NCBI GenBank assembly: GCA_029856155.1
Contig: JAHQWL010000011.1
Location: forward strand, 1 to 61,474
Direction: 5' to 3'
DNA length: 61,474 nt
Source of the DNA: Promethearchaeia archaeon
GTDB taxonomy: Archaea > Asgardarchaeota > Lokiarchaeia > Sigyniarchaeales > SOKP01
Below are positions 41,130 through 54,738 of the stretch, one piece after another; within the stretch, counting starts at the first letter, position 1, and each line of letters begins with the position of its first letter. Position numbers and translations under genes: made by a program. The notes beneath the pieces are model-generated. The model made no database searches and was not told the DNA's origin. It saw only the letters and a program-made list of their open reading frames with translations.

Positions 41130-41282
41130 ATGGCTAAAGTAAAATGTCAAGAATGTAAAAAAGAAATAATCGGGGGGGTTAAAATACAAGAGTTTGACCC
41201 AATCGAGCCAACAACCATGCACGTTTTCTGCTCTAAATCGTGTAGAGATAAATGGATTTCTGATCAAGAGAAGAAAAAATAA
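41130..41282 (+). CDS. Small TRASH/YHS-like metal-binding protein, 50 aa, not in ORF track
   Basis: Manual translation MAKVKCQECKKEIIGGVKIQEFDPIEPTTMHVFCSKSCRDKWISDQEKKK; CxxC...FCSxxC. Confidence 0.8.
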   Translation: MAKVKCQECKKEIIGGVKIQEFDPIEPTTMHVFCSKSCRDKWISDQEKKK

Positions 41283-41298
41283 GTTGTGCTTCTTAGCA

Positions 41299-42261
41299 TT
41301 ACCTTTTTATTTTTTCTGGAAGATAAAAATCATACCCTTTCTTAAGTAATTTAGTTTTTAAGTATCTATCAAATCTTCTGGCATTTTGAAAAACAACCCA
41401 AATCAACTTATCACTTTTATAATACTTATATACTTCTTCAAACGTGATTGGCTCTATTTCAAAATTACTTGCTTCTTCTTTAAAAAATCTATTTATCCTC
41501 CTTAACAACCTTGGTATAATTTCAGGTTTCTGTTCTTTGAAAAAATTGGCAATTAGATCAATAGTTACTAACCGCCAATCATAGTATCTATCTACAACTT
41601 CTTGTACAAATAAAGCTTTTAATAGAAATCTCAGAAATGATGGAGCACTTTTTAAGAACAGTTCTGCTTCCATTGCTTCAATATTGTTTTTTCTAAAAAG
41701 TGGTGTACTTGTATCTAGATATAATAATTTTGAGGTGTCATTGATTCTTGGATTTTGATGATCATAATCAATAACAACAAAATTTGATATTTGTCCATCT
41801 AATCCAACATCATAAATCTTATTTTTTTTGTTAAACGTCCATACTTTTTTTAACTCTCTCATTGTAAGGACAATTAAATTTTCAATTTCATCATCTGATA
41901 AATTATGAATAACCTTATTCCCAACACCTTGAGGATCGATCTTTTTTTGTATACAATAAAACTGGATTTGCCCCTTATGATCTTTAAACCATAAGGCTTT
42001 ATGTTCAGGAAGGTTTAGACCAATGTCTTCACTTAAGATCTTGCAGTATTCATTATATGCCCATAAATGCCTTTTTACTTGTTTCTCGTTATCAAAAATA
42101 GGGATCCTTTTATAAGCTAAATGTTCGGGATCATCAAGAATTTCAAAAACTAAGCTAATTTCTCCGAATCCGAGAATTTTAATTGGTATTCTCCCTTTTT
42201 CTGGGTGTATAGTATCAAGAGTTTTTTCAAATTCTTTTAACAAATCAATATTTACATTCAT
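41299..42261 (-). CDS. DUF6206-like protein with protein-kinase-like motifs
   Basis: LGFGEISLV, AYKR, DGQISNF, YLD in kinase order. Confidence 0.65.
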   Translation of the reverse strand: MNVNIDLLKEFEKTLDTIHPEKGRIPIKILGFGEISLVFEILDDPEHLAYKRIPIFDNEKQVKRHLWAYNEYCKILSEDIGLNLPEHKALWFKDHKGQIQFYCIQKKIDPQGVGNKVIHNLSDDEIENLIVLTMRELKKVWTFNKKNKIYDVGLDGQISNFVVIDYDHQNPRINDTSKLLYLDTSTPLFRKNNIEAMEAELFLKSAPSFLRFLLKALFVQEVVDRYYDWRLVTIDLIANFFKEQKPEIIPRLLRRINRFFKEEASNFEIEPITFEEVYKYYKSDKLIWVVFQNARRFDRYLKTKLLKKGYDFYLPEKIKR

Positions 42262-42389
42262 AAGAGACCATTGCAGAATTTAGAAATTTCTTTTAATTTT
42301 AATTTAACATTGCTTTTATTTAAAAGTATAAATTTTATTCATTTTGTTATCCTTAATTAATTAAAATTAAAAGAAATTACAGTAGTTAG

Positions 42390-45539
<3,150 letters not shown>

Positions 45540-45622
45540 AAATCCATAGAATAACTATTTATTTATTAAAAACAATTTAAAAAATAAATTAAAATATTGA
45601 AATATAAAGTTGAGAATATTAG

Positions 45623-46438
45623 ATGGCTCGTCCTTTATGGTTTGTAAACTTAATTAAAAAGACCTTCCCAAATGTAAAAATCGTAGCAAAATTAACAAAA
45701 CTACCTATTATTGGAACTTTTATTGATCTTCTCCTTTTTAAAGGTGATGATATAATTTATCTTCCCCAGGATAAAGTCATTGAAATTAATAAACCGTTAG
45801 GAGAATATGATGAATACGTTTTACCATCTCAAGTATTGGAATACTTCATTGAAAAAGCTAGACACCATTGGATCATGAATTTCTGTATTTGTAGATCAAG
45901 TATGAAATGCAAAGATTATCCTATCGATTTAGGATGCCTTTTTCTTGGTGATGCGGTTTTAGATATCAACCCACAATTAGGAAAATTGGTATCGAAAAAA
46001 GAAGCTTTAGAACATTTAAAAAAATGTAGAGATGCAGGTTTAGTTCATATGACAGGTCGAAACAAATTAGATGCACAATGGCTTGGTGTTAATAATGGAG
46101 ATAAACTCTTGAGCATCTGTAATTGCTGTCCATGCTGTTGTTTATGGCGTGTAGCCCCCATTGTAGCTCCAAAAATTGGATCTAAAGTTAAAATGATGCC
46201 AGGTATAGAAATTCAGGTTACTGAAAGGTGTATAGGATGTGGGACATGCACAAAAGGAGTGTGTTTTGTTAATGCTATTAAATTAGTAAACGATCATGCT
46301 GTGATTAATAAAGAATGCAGAGGATGTGGACGATGTGTAGATATATGCCCACAAAAAGCAATTAACATAACAGTTAAAGATAGTAATTATGTCCAAAAAG
46401 CAATAAAGGAAATTGAAAACCTTATAGACGTTACTTAG
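45623..46438 (+). CDS. 4Fe-4S ferredoxin-domain protein
   Basis: CICR, ICNCCPCCC, CIGCGTC, CRGCGRCVDICP. Confidence 0.9.
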   Translation: MARPLWFVNLIKKTFPNVKIVAKLTKLPIIGTFIDLLLFKGDDIIYLPQDKVIEINKPLGEYDEYVLPSQVLEYFIEKARHHWIMNFCICRSSMKCKDYPIDLGCLFLGDAVLDINPQLGKLVSKKEALEHLKKCRDAGLVHMTGRNKLDAQWLGVNNGDKLLSICNCCPCCCLWRVAPIVAPKIGSKVKMMPGIEIQVTERCIGCGTCTKGVCFVNAIKLVNDHAVINKECRGCGRCVDICPQKAINITVKDSNYVQKAIKEIENLIDVT

Positions 46439-46441
46439 ATT

Positions 46442-47890
46442 TTATGTTTTCTTTTCCCAAAATACATTATCTTGTTTAATATTTCTAATTCTTGTTCTTT
46501 CTTTAAGCGCAGAAACCGCTTGAACTGCTTCTTTGATAGAATGAAAAACGGGTATATTTGCAAGTTCTAATGAGTCAATTATTAAAGAATATTTCGGAAT
46601 ATAGGGCATAAAACAAACAAGTGGTTTTCTTTTTGTTAACACAACATTAGCAATTCTTCTCCCTATTTGAAAAGATATATTCGGGGGATATGGAAGTATT
46701 AATAAAATAATACATTCAATTCTATCAATATCAGATAAAAATTTAACTACATTTTCAATATCAGTATCTAAAACTGACCCTGTTAAATCAATTGGATTGT
46801 TAAATGAAGCAATTTCTCTAGCAACAGGACTAGTTAATGATTTCAGTTCTTCTTTCTCTTTTTCTGTTAATTGTACGGCATTCAACCCATACTTTCTCAA
46901 CATATCACTTGCTATAACACCATGTCCTCCAGATCCAGAAACTATTACAACATTTCCAAATGTCACTACATTCTTACCAAATGGGTTTCTGCGATGTGAT
47001 AATACATCATAAACTTTGAGACATGTTAATAATTCTCTCTCAGAATGAGGTTGAATGACGTAATTTTGTCTCAGTGCATTGTAAATAATATTATAATTCC
47101 CAGCAAGACTTGCTGTATGAGATTTAGTTGCTATTTTTCCTTCCTTTGTCTTTCCTCCGTAAAATACTATGACGGTATCATCTGATTCTTTTGCTAATTG
47201 TGCAAATTTTTTTGCTTTACCCTCTTTAAAACCTTCTAAATAAAATGCAATATTAGAAGTTTCTTTGTCTACTTTACTAAAGTATTCTAACAACATCGAT
47301 TCATCTACTACCGCACGGTTACCTATAGAAACCGCAGTAGAGACACCTATATTTCTTTCCGCAAATTTCACAAAGAATTGATCGACCAAAAATCCTCCAC
47401 TTTGGCTTATTAGCGCTACAGAACCTTTTGGTGGTCTTGTGATGCGTTCTGTAGGTAGAAATATAGTATCAACAGTAGGAGGTGCATAAACACCAAGGCA
47501 ATTAGGACCTAGAACAGCAATATCATTATCAAATGCTATTTCTTCTAATTTTTTTTGACGATTTACACCTTCACCACCTACTTCAGCAAAGCCGCCTCCA
47601 ATTATTACACTTGCTGGGATACTTAAATCAGCACACTCTTGAATGTATCCTAATGTATCATCTGGGCCTACAGCAATAACTAAAAGATCAGGGATCTCGG
47701 GGAGTTTGTCTAGTCGTTCATATAACGCTACTCCCTCAACCTCACCCCCATTAGGATAAATACCATAAACCTTAACATTCATTTCAAATTCATTTTTTAA
47801 TAAAACAATTCTCCCCGGACTAAGAGGGTTCTTTTTTGAGACCCCAACAACTGCTATTGATTTTGGTTTAAAAAGCTTCTCTAAATTCAT
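46442..47890 (-). CDS. ADP-forming acyl-CoA synthetase, alpha subunit (CoA-binding)
   Basis: PKSIAVVGVS, GFAEVG, GPNCLG, SQSGG, SHTASLAG (phospho-His), NPIDLTG. Confidence 0.92.
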   Translation of the reverse strand: MNLEKLFKPKSIAVVGVSKKNPLSPGRIVLLKNEFEMNVKVYGIYPNGGEVEGVALYERLDKLPEIPDLLVIAVGPDDTLGYIQECADLSIPASVIIGGGFAEVGGEGVNRQKKLEEIAFDNDIAVLGPNCLGVYAPPTVDTIFLPTERITRPPKGSVALISQSGGFLVDQFFVKFAERNIGVSTAVSIGNRAVVDESMLLEYFSKVDKETSNIAFYLEGFKEGKAKKFAQLAKESDDTVIVFYGGKTKEGKIATKSHTASLAGNYNIIYNALRQNYVIQPHSERELLTCLKVYDVLSHRRNPFGKNVVTFGNVVIVSGSGGHGVIASDMLRKYGLNAVQLTEKEKEELKSLTSPVAREIASFNNPIDLTGSVLDTDIENVVKFLSDIDRIECIILLILPYPPNISFQIGRRIANVVLTKRKPLVCFMPYIPKYSLIIDSLELANIPVFHSIKEAVQAVSALKERTRIRNIKQDNVFWEKKT

Positions 47891-48081
47891 TCTTGACAGA
47901 ATTCAATAATGGTTTATATTAAATTATATTTTTTAAAAATTTAAATCATATTTATTTTTACCTTAGATTAGTAGAATTTTTTTTTTATTTCTTTACCATA
48001 TTCTTCAGCAGCTAAATCAGATGTAAAGAAAAAGATTTAGTTCAATGAAAAATCGTTAGAAATTTTAATTTGCAATTTTGC

Positions 48082-48115
48082 TAAATATTTATTAAGAAGT
48101 AAGGAGAAATACTAT
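48082..48115 (+). promoter_or_regulatory. Conserved promoter block upstream of GPH transporter 1
   Basis: TAAATATTTATTAAGAAGTAAGGAGAAATACTAT; 30/34 identical to 49658-49691; contains TATA-like TTTATTAA. Confidence 0.7.
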
Positions 48116-48142
48116 TATTTAAACATTATTTTGTGATTTTTT

Positions 48143-49555
48143 ATGGTTAAAGAAGATTTAAATTTAGAACGAACTAAATTTTCATATAAACGAGCCGCAG
48201 CATACGGAATTGGACAATTATCAGACATTGCATCATATCAAGCATTTACATTTCTCACATTTACATTTTATTTTGCAGTGGTTGGTATCGATATTCTGTG
48301 GATATCGATTGGATTTATAATATGGTCAATTTGGAATAGTTTTAATGATACATTTATAGGATATCTTTCAGATCGAACTCACACTAAATGGGGCCGACGA
48401 TTTCCATGGATAATGATTTCATTGTTTCCTCTCGCAATAATAATGATTTTATTATATACACCACCGATTAGTTTGGGTATTACTAATCTTGTAGTAAATT
48501 TCATATATTTTCTCTCCATCATCATAATTTTCGAATTATTTTTTACAATGTATGATATCAATTATACGTCTTTATATCCCGAAATCTTTCTTACTGGGGA
48601 AGAAAGAACAAAAGGTAATAATGTTAGACAGTTATTTGCTATATTTGGATTAATTACTGCTTTTATTATGCCCGGAATATTTATTTCTAGTTATACTAGT
48701 CCAAAACCTGGAGAATATCCACTCTATGGAATAATTGTAGCATTAGTAGTAGTTATTGCAGGACTACTCTTTTTAAAGGTATCTCCTAAAGAAAGAGTTG
48801 AATTTCAAAAAGATTACAAAAAAGCACCTTCATTTTTTAATACTCTGAAGTATTGCGTTAAAAGTAAAAGTTTCATGAGATATATTCCTGCCGAAATCGC
48901 AAATTGGTTTGTTTATGGGATGTTACCTGTAATAGTGCCTTTATATGGTGAATTTATATTGGGATTTGTAGATCCTCTAATGATTTCTTTATTACTATTG
49001 GCAACATTTTTATCAGCAGCTCTTTTTATGACTTTCTTATGGAAACCGTTAGTCCAAAAAATAGGTCCAAGAAAATCTTGGTTAATATCAATGAGTATCT
49101 GGATTTTAACTCTTTCTCCATTATTTTTCCTAAATTCAACTATGCCATTTTTAGAAGTTATCGCATATATCGTTTTTTTCCTTATAGGAATTGGCTTATC
49201 CGGTTCCCTATACATCATTGATATAATTATAGCAGATATTATTGATGAGGATGAAGTAAATACAGGTGCACGTAGAGAAGGTGGTTATTATGGAATAAAT
49301 ATTTTCTTTCAACGATTTGCTACTGTTTTTGTATTTCTTATTATCGGACCCGTATTTTTAATATCTGAGTGGGGACAATTTAATCCAATCAATATTCCAG
49401 AATTTGGTCTACGTAGTTTAATGTTTATTTTTCCAACAATAGCTTTACTGATTGCTATCATAGCTATATTCTTTTATCCTTTAGATGGTGAGAAACTAAA
49501 ACAAGTAAAAGAACAAAGAGAGGAAATTCATCAAGAAAAAAAATTACAGATATAA
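48143..49555 (+). CDS. GPH-family (MelB-like) MFS sugar/glycoside transporter, paralog 1
   Basis: ND..IGYLSDRTHTKWGRRFPW; DIIDEDEVNTGARREGGYYG. Confidence 0.92.
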   Translation: MVKEDLNLERTKFSYKRAAAYGIGQLSDIASYQAFTFLTFTFYFAVVGIDILWISIGFIIWSIWNSFNDTFIGYLSDRTHTKWGRRFPWIMISLFPLAIIMILLYTPPISLGITNLVVNFIYFLSIIIIFELFFTMYDINYTSLYPEIFLTGEERTKGNNVRQLFAIFGLITAFIMPGIFISSYTSPKPGEYPLYGIIVALVVVIAGLLFLKVSPKERVEFQKDYKKAPSFFNTLKYCVKSKSFMRYIPAEIANWFVYGMLPVIVPLYGEFILGFVDPLMISLLLLATFLSAALFMTFLWKPLVQKIGPRKSWLISMSIWILTLSPLFFLNSTMPFLEVIAYIVFFLIGIGLSGSLYIIDIIIADIIDEDEVNTGARREGGYYGINIFFQRFATVFVFLIIGPVFLISEWGQFNPINIPEFGLRSLMFIFPTIALLIAIIAIFFYPLDGEKLKQVKEQREEIHQEKKLQI

Positions 49556-49657
49556 ATTCTTAATATATCCTTTTTTTTTAAGACTTTAAATTTAAACACT
49601 TCTATAATAAATATTATTAAGATTGATTCTAAATTTCTCTCTTAATGTTTCTTTAAT

Positions 49658-49691
49658 TAAATCTTTATTAAGAAAAAAGGAGAAATATTAT
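49658..49691 (+). promoter_or_regulatory. Conserved promoter block upstream of GPH transporter 2
   Basis: TAAATCTTTATTAAGAAAAAAGGAGAAATATTAT; 30/34 identical to 48082-48115. Confidence 0.7.
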
Positions 49692-49738
49692 CAATTTAAA
49701 ATTTAAAAACTTTAAAAAAAAAAGAATATGGGATAATT

Positions 49739-51148
49739 ATGAGTGATGACCGAAATGAAGAGAAGGAAAAATTTAAATTAAAAGTAGCGTTAAAGTTTGG
49801 AACAGCTCAACTTTCGGACGTAGTATCATATCAAACTTTCTTTTTCTGGATATTTACATTCTATTATACAATTGTAATCAGGGATTCTGTTCTTATTGCG
49901 ATTGGTTTTATAATATGGTCTGTGTGGAATGCTTTAAATGATCCACTTCTTGGTTATTTATCAGATCGAACTCATACTAAATATGGGCGTAGAGTTCCCT
50001 GGATTATGGTTGCTATTATACCGTTATCAATTATTATGTTCCTATTGTTTTTTCCTCCTATAACATATGGAATAAGTTCCCAAATAACCAATTTTATTTA
50101 CTTTTTCATTATAATAATCATCTTTGAAGGATTTTACACGATGTTTTCATTGAATCAAACAAGTTTATTTCCTGAGCAGTTCATTGAGAAAGATGTAAGA
50201 GAAAAAGTTAATACTGTAAAGCAAACGTATTCTGTATTGGGGTTAATAGTTGCTGCTCTTTTACCTACTCTGTTTATGGATGATCCCATGGTTCCAGAAG
50301 CATTACCTAATTGGGCAATCTTTGGAATTGTCTTAGCCATAATCACATTTATTTTTGGATTTATTTTTATAAAGTGGGGTGCTAAGGAGAAAATGGAATT
50401 CAAAGAAGATTATAAAGAAGCGCCACATTTCTTTGAATCTATTAAACTTTGTGTCAGAAGTAAAAGCTTTAGATGGTATATTCCAGCAGAAATAGCCAAT
50501 TGGTTCGTTTATGGTATGCTTCCAACCATAATCCCTCTTTACGGAAGATATGTTCTTAACATTGAAGCAGAATCATTCCTTTTATCTGTATTACTTGGAA
50601 TCGGATTTATTTCAGCAGCAGTCTTCATTAATTTTTGGAGATGGGTTTCTAAAAAAATGGGCCCAAGAAAAGCATGGATGTGCTCTTTAACGGCTTGGAT
50701 ATTTACTTTATTACCATTATTATTCATTAATAATTTTATTCAGGGATTAGTTGTTTTCTTTTTCATAGGAATTGGATTAGCTGGCTCAATGATACTTATA
50801 GATTTAATAGTTTCTGATATTATCGATGAGGAAGAAGTAAAGACAGGAATCAGAAGAGAGGGTGCTTACTATGGTGTCAATGCTCTCTTTTTACGATTTT
50901 CCACCGTTTTCGTTTTTATCGCAATTGGTTTTGTGTTTTCCGGTTTTGGCTGGGAAGAATATGATCCATTAATTAACGATCCTTCAGCACTAGTGATAGC
51001 TTTGAAAATATTAATATTTGTACTTCCAGCTATAGCTTTGACAATTGCAATATTATCTTTAAGTAAATATCCATTAGATGGGGAAAGATTAAAAGAGGTC
51101 AAAGAAAAATTAAAAGAAATTCATGAGCAAAAGAAATCTAAAGTATAA
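49739..51148 (+). CDS. GPH-family MFS transporter, paralog 2
   Basis: NDPLLGYLSDRTHTKYGRRVPW; shares YIPAEIANWFVYGMLP with paralog 1. Confidence 0.92.
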   Translation: MSDDRNEEKEKFKLKVALKFGTAQLSDVVSYQTFFFWIFTFYYTIVIRDSVLIAIGFIIWSVWNALNDPLLGYLSDRTHTKYGRRVPWIMVAIIPLSIIMFLLFFPPITYGISSQITNFIYFFIIIIIFEGFYTMFSLNQTSLFPEQFIEKDVREKVNTVKQTYSVLGLIVAALLPTLFMDDPMVPEALPNWAIFGIVLAIITFIFGFIFIKWGAKEKMEFKEDYKEAPHFFESIKLCVRSKSFRWYIPAEIANWFVYGMLPTIIPLYGRYVLNIEAESFLLSVLLGIGFISAAVFINFWRWVSKKMGPRKAWMCSLTAWIFTLLPLLFINNFIQGLVVFFFIGIGLAGSMILIDLIVSDIIDEEEVKTGIRREGAYYGVNALFLRFSTVFVFIAIGFVFSGFGWEEYDPLINDPSALVIALKILIFVLPAIALTIAILSLSKYPLDGERLKEVKEKLKEIHEQKKSKV

Positions 51149-51159
51149 CTATATTATTT

Positions 51160-52467
51160 TTATTTTATTTTTTTTAAATTTAAGATTCCTAATCTAATTC
51201 TTGTTAAAATTTCTTCAATTTCTTCTTTCTTTACTATCAAGGGTGGCATGATAATATGAGTATCTTTCTTATTGGCACAATAATTAAGTAAGACGCCTTC
51301 CTTTATTATGGAAAGCATACCTAACTGGCTATCGTCTTCATTATGAAATTCTAAACCCCACATAAGTCCTCTACCTCTTGCTTCTTTAATAAGATCTGAA
51401 AGATCCTCTGCAATCTCTTCTAAACCTTTACCAAATAAAATACCCATTTCTTTAACGTGATCCAAAAATTTCGGATCAGATTGTATTTCCAACATCTCAA
51501 AAGCAATAGCACATCCTAAATCTGAACCTCCTGTGGTTGAAATATGGATAAATGGATCTTCTTTGTAAACTGCTTTTTCTATAAATGGTTTATAGCTACA
51601 AGTTGATAAAGGATATACACCAGAGCTCATTCCTTTTCCACAAACTATAAAATCTGGCACTACTTTTTCATTCGGATACAATCCACCATAAATTGCCCAG
51701 AAAACACCTGTTCGTCCTAATCCTGCTTGAACCTCGTCATTTATCATCATTACACCTTTATCATCGCAAATTTCTCGAACTTCAGCATAATAGCCTTCTG
51801 GAGCAATCAACACACCACCACTTGCTGGAATTGTTTCTAAAATAACGCATGCAATATCTTCTGTTACAGCTTTTCGCATAGCATCTATGTCTCCATAAGG
51901 AATTTGTTTAAATTCGGGAAAATTCCAGAGGAAAGGATCTTTAAAGTCAGGATCTCCTGTCAATAGAGCATAGCCTGTGTGACCATGATACCCTCCAACT
52001 GCGGAGATACATCCCTTTCTTTTAGTATAGGCCCTTGAAAATTTAATAGCCGTATCTATTGCTTCACCTCCACTCACTCCAAAAGTAGTTTTAGTTATAT
52101 CTCCAGGCATTAAATCTGCTAATTTTTTTCCTAATAATGCTCTCCATTCTGATAAAAGTAAATGGTCGCCTAAATCTAATCCTCCATCTAAAGCATCCTT
52201 GAGACGTTGGATGATCTTTGGATTTCTATGTCCTAGATTAAATACACCCCCGGAAGATCGACAATTGAGCAATTCTAATGGTGGTGTTCCTGGTTTTAAT
52301 CCTTCTAATGTTTTTAAACGAATTCCATCTCTTTCTCCAGGAATTACACCTAACCCAAATCCTTTAAACATCCGGACCTTAGGACCATTTACATGCTTTG
52401 AGTATAATTTTAGTAGTTCCTTCTGAGGTAAGGAACCTATAAATTTCTTATGAGGATTATTATTCAT
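51160..52467 (-). CDS. Class-III PLP aminotransferase (acetylornithine/putrescine type)
   Basis: SGGEAID, YHGHT, DEVQAGLGRTG, GKGMSSG, RGRGLM. Confidence 0.93.
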   Translation of the reverse strand: MNNNPHKKFIGSLPQKELLKLYSKHVNGPKVRMFKGFGLGVIPGERDGIRLKTLEGLKPGTPPLELLNCRSSGGVFNLGHRNPKIIQRLKDALDGGLDLGDHLLLSEWRALLGKKLADLMPGDITKTTFGVSGGEAIDTAIKFSRAYTKRKGCISAVGGYHGHTGYALLTGDPDFKDPFLWNFPEFKQIPYGDIDAMRKAVTEDIACVILETIPASGGVLIAPEGYYAEVREICDDKGVMMINDEVQAGLGRTGVFWAIYGGLYPNEKVVPDFIVCGKGMSSGVYPLSTCSYKPFIEKAVYKEDPFIHISTTGGSDLGCAIAFEMLEIQSDPKFLDHVKEMGILFGKGLEEIAEDLSDLIKEARGRGLMWGLEFHNEDDSQLGMLSIIKEGVLLNYCANKKDTHIIMPPLIVKKEEIEEILTRIRLGILNLKKIK

Positions 52468-52588
52468 AATTGTTATTTAGAATGTAAGAATCTTTTAAAA
52501 TTTTAGAACATTTTTTTCATACTCCAATAATTACTTATTTTTCTTTATGCCTTATTACAAAATTTCAAAAATTGAATAATAAAGCAAA

Positions 52589-52650
52589 TTTAGATTAAAC
52601 TTTAGTAGAAAAGAAAAAAGGAAAATTAAAATAATAGCTTAGAAATTATA
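52589..52650 (+). repeat. Direct repeat, copy 1 (partner 54739-54800)
   Basis: Exact 26-nt core TAGAAAAGAAAAAAGGAAAATTAAAA at 52606-52631; 52/62 ungapped identity. Confidence 0.8.
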
Positions 52651-52728
52651 ATTCCTTTGAGGTACATAAAAGTTATATAATTTATTTGTGTTATTTTTAT
52701 TCAAACATTATTTTGGAGAATAAAAAAA

Positions 52729-54633
52729 ATGAAATTCAATTTAACTAAAGCAAATATCTCTACTCTCATAGGGATTTTACTAGTAGTAACAATAATTTCA
52801 AGCAATTTGCTTTTTTGTTTATCTATTAATGGAGATAAAGTGGTTTTTCAAGGTATTAAGACAAGTCAATCAATTCAATCGACAAACGGTATTCCTATAG
52901 GGAAGACTAATGATGATGAAACAAACCCTTTAATCTGTATTGATGGATATGGGGGAGCATTTATAACTTGGGCTAAATATAATGGCGCCGTTGATTTTTC
53001 TGGTCAGTGTGTTGATCCAAATGGAAATGAACAATGGGTAGAAAATGGTATAGATTTAGATTTAGGCATACCAAGATATCCGAAATTAATAAGTGATGGG
53101 CTCGGGGGTTTTATTTTAGTATGGGATCATTATGTTATAGGAGAACCTGAAATTTATGGGATGCGTTTTAATTCGAGTGGATCCAAACTATGGCCTGGTT
53201 TTGGTGTTGATATCTCTAGTGTTAATGAAGGTCTAGGTGGAGTAGTTGATCCTCATAAAAAACAAGTATGCGGTGATAGTAGTGGTGGAGTTATTGTGAC
53301 TTGGAAGGATTCGAGAGGTGGATTACTTTACCATATTTATACCCAAAGAGTTAATTCAACTGGAGATGTCCAATGGACTACGGATGGTGTTCATATCTGT
53401 GTTGGTGGTACACTTCCAGATGACATTACAAGCTGTAGCGACGGAGAAGGCGGTGCAATAATTGGGTGGTATGATCAAAGATCAGATGATGGTAATATTT
53501 ATGCTCAAAGAATTAATTCAACTGGAGATGTCCAATGGACAACTAATGGCAAAGACGTATGCTCTTATATTAGAATGCAGCACTCAACTCAGATGTGCAG
53601 TGATGGCAATAAAGGTGCAATCATTGCCTGGCATGATTATAGACATACTTCCATTGAAAGTATTTATGCCCAAAGGATCAATTCAACGGGAGATAAACAA
53701 TGGGCTGAATTTGGAATTGAGATTTGTAAATCAGAATCTTATATAGATGACATTAAAATTATCAATGATGATTCCGAAGGGGCAATAATCACATGGCGTG
53801 ATAATAGGTATGGTTCTGGCGATATATTTGCTCAAAGGGTCAATTCCAGTGGAGATTTATTATGGACTACTAATGGGTCAGCTATCTGTACTGCAGCTGA
53901 AAACCAAAGGTTACCTCAAATTTGTAGCGATGGAGCTGGTGGCGCAATCATAACATGGCAAGATGAAAGTACAGACGACGGTGATATCTATGCTCAAAGA
54001 ATTAATTCCAGTGGAGATTTGCAATGGGCTACTAATGGTATTCCCATATGTAGAGCATTTTACAGACAAGAAGAACCAAGTATTTGTTCTGATGACCAAG
54101 GAGGTGCAATCATAACTTGGCAGGACATAAGAAGCGAAACGGATAATGATGTCTATGCACAAAGAGTCACATCTAATGGAACTGCTCTATGGTCCATTGA
54201 AAATGATATTCCAACCTCAAATCATCCTGATGACATGTTTTTAATAGGAAATTCTTCTGCAATAATAAATTGGACATTAACCGATGATGATGGATTTGGT
54301 AATTATCGTGTATTTGAAAATAATAATGGTGGCACACCTATTATATTGACTGATTGGACAGGTTGGTATAATAATACTCCTATAGTAGCTCCAATTGATA
54401 GTTCTATTGCGGGAATCTATAATTATACAATTGAATACTATGATAATGAATATACAAACGGTCTTCCTGATTCTGTTATAGTTACTATTAATGCAACCTC
54501 GGATGGAAATGGAAATGGAAATGGAGGCGAACCAGCTATTCCCTTTGGAAATTTCTATTTACCATTTGGATTCTTTACAATAATTTCAATAATTATTGTT
54601 AAAAAACGTAGAATTTTATCTAAATCTAAATGA
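52729..54633 (+). CDS. Secreted/surface repeat protein (probable beta-propeller) with C-terminal IPFG-TM-basic anchor
   Basis: N-terminal hydrophobic signal; about 7 repeats of DGxGGAIITWxDxR...IYAQRINSxGDxxWxxNG; GNGNGNGG linker, IPFGN, TM, KKRR. Confidence 0.88.
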   Translation: MKFNLTKANISTLIGILLVVTIISSNLLFCLSINGDKVVFQGIKTSQSIQSTNGIPIGKTNDDETNPLICIDGYGGAFITWAKYNGAVDFSGQCVDPNGNEQWVENGIDLDLGIPRYPKLISDGLGGFILVWDHYVIGEPEIYGMRFNSSGSKLWPGFGVDISSVNEGLGGVVDPHKKQVCGDSSGGVIVTWKDSRGGLLYHIYTQRVNSTGDVQWTTDGVHICVGGTLPDDITSCSDGEGGAIIGWYDQRSDDGNIYAQRINSTGDVQWTTNGKDVCSYIRMQHSTQMCSDGNKGAIIAWHDYRHTSIESIYAQRINSTGDKQWAEFGIEICKSESYIDDIKIINDDSEGAIITWRDNRYGSGDIFAQRVNSSGDLLWTTNGSAICTAAENQRLPQICSDGAGGAIITWQDESTDDGDIYAQRINSSGDLQWATNGIPICRAFYRQEEPSICSDDQGGAIITWQDIRSETDNDVYAQRVTSNGTALWSIENDIPTSNHPDDMFLIGNSSAIINWTLTDDDGFGNYRVFENNNGGTPIILTDWTGWYNNTPIVAPIDSSIAGIYNYTIEYYDNEYTNGLPDSVIVTINATSDGNGNGNGGEPAIPFGNFYLPFGFFTIISIIIVKKRRILSKSK

Positions 54634-54738
54634 AGATATCATCAAAATTAATCTCTAAATCTTTTTTTCATTTTATTATTCTTTAAACTTAATTCTAATT
54701 AGCTTATTGAAATAATATCGAATTATTTCATCTAATAT

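Noticed and set aside
40998-41267. 89-aa - strand ORF
   Set aside because: Antisense to the TRASH-like microprotein and no recognisable motif
53330-54190. Recurring DNA repeats (caaagaattaattcaactggagat...) as a CRISPR array
   Set aside because: Degenerate, in-frame and encode the repeats of the surface protein; no spacer structure or cas genes
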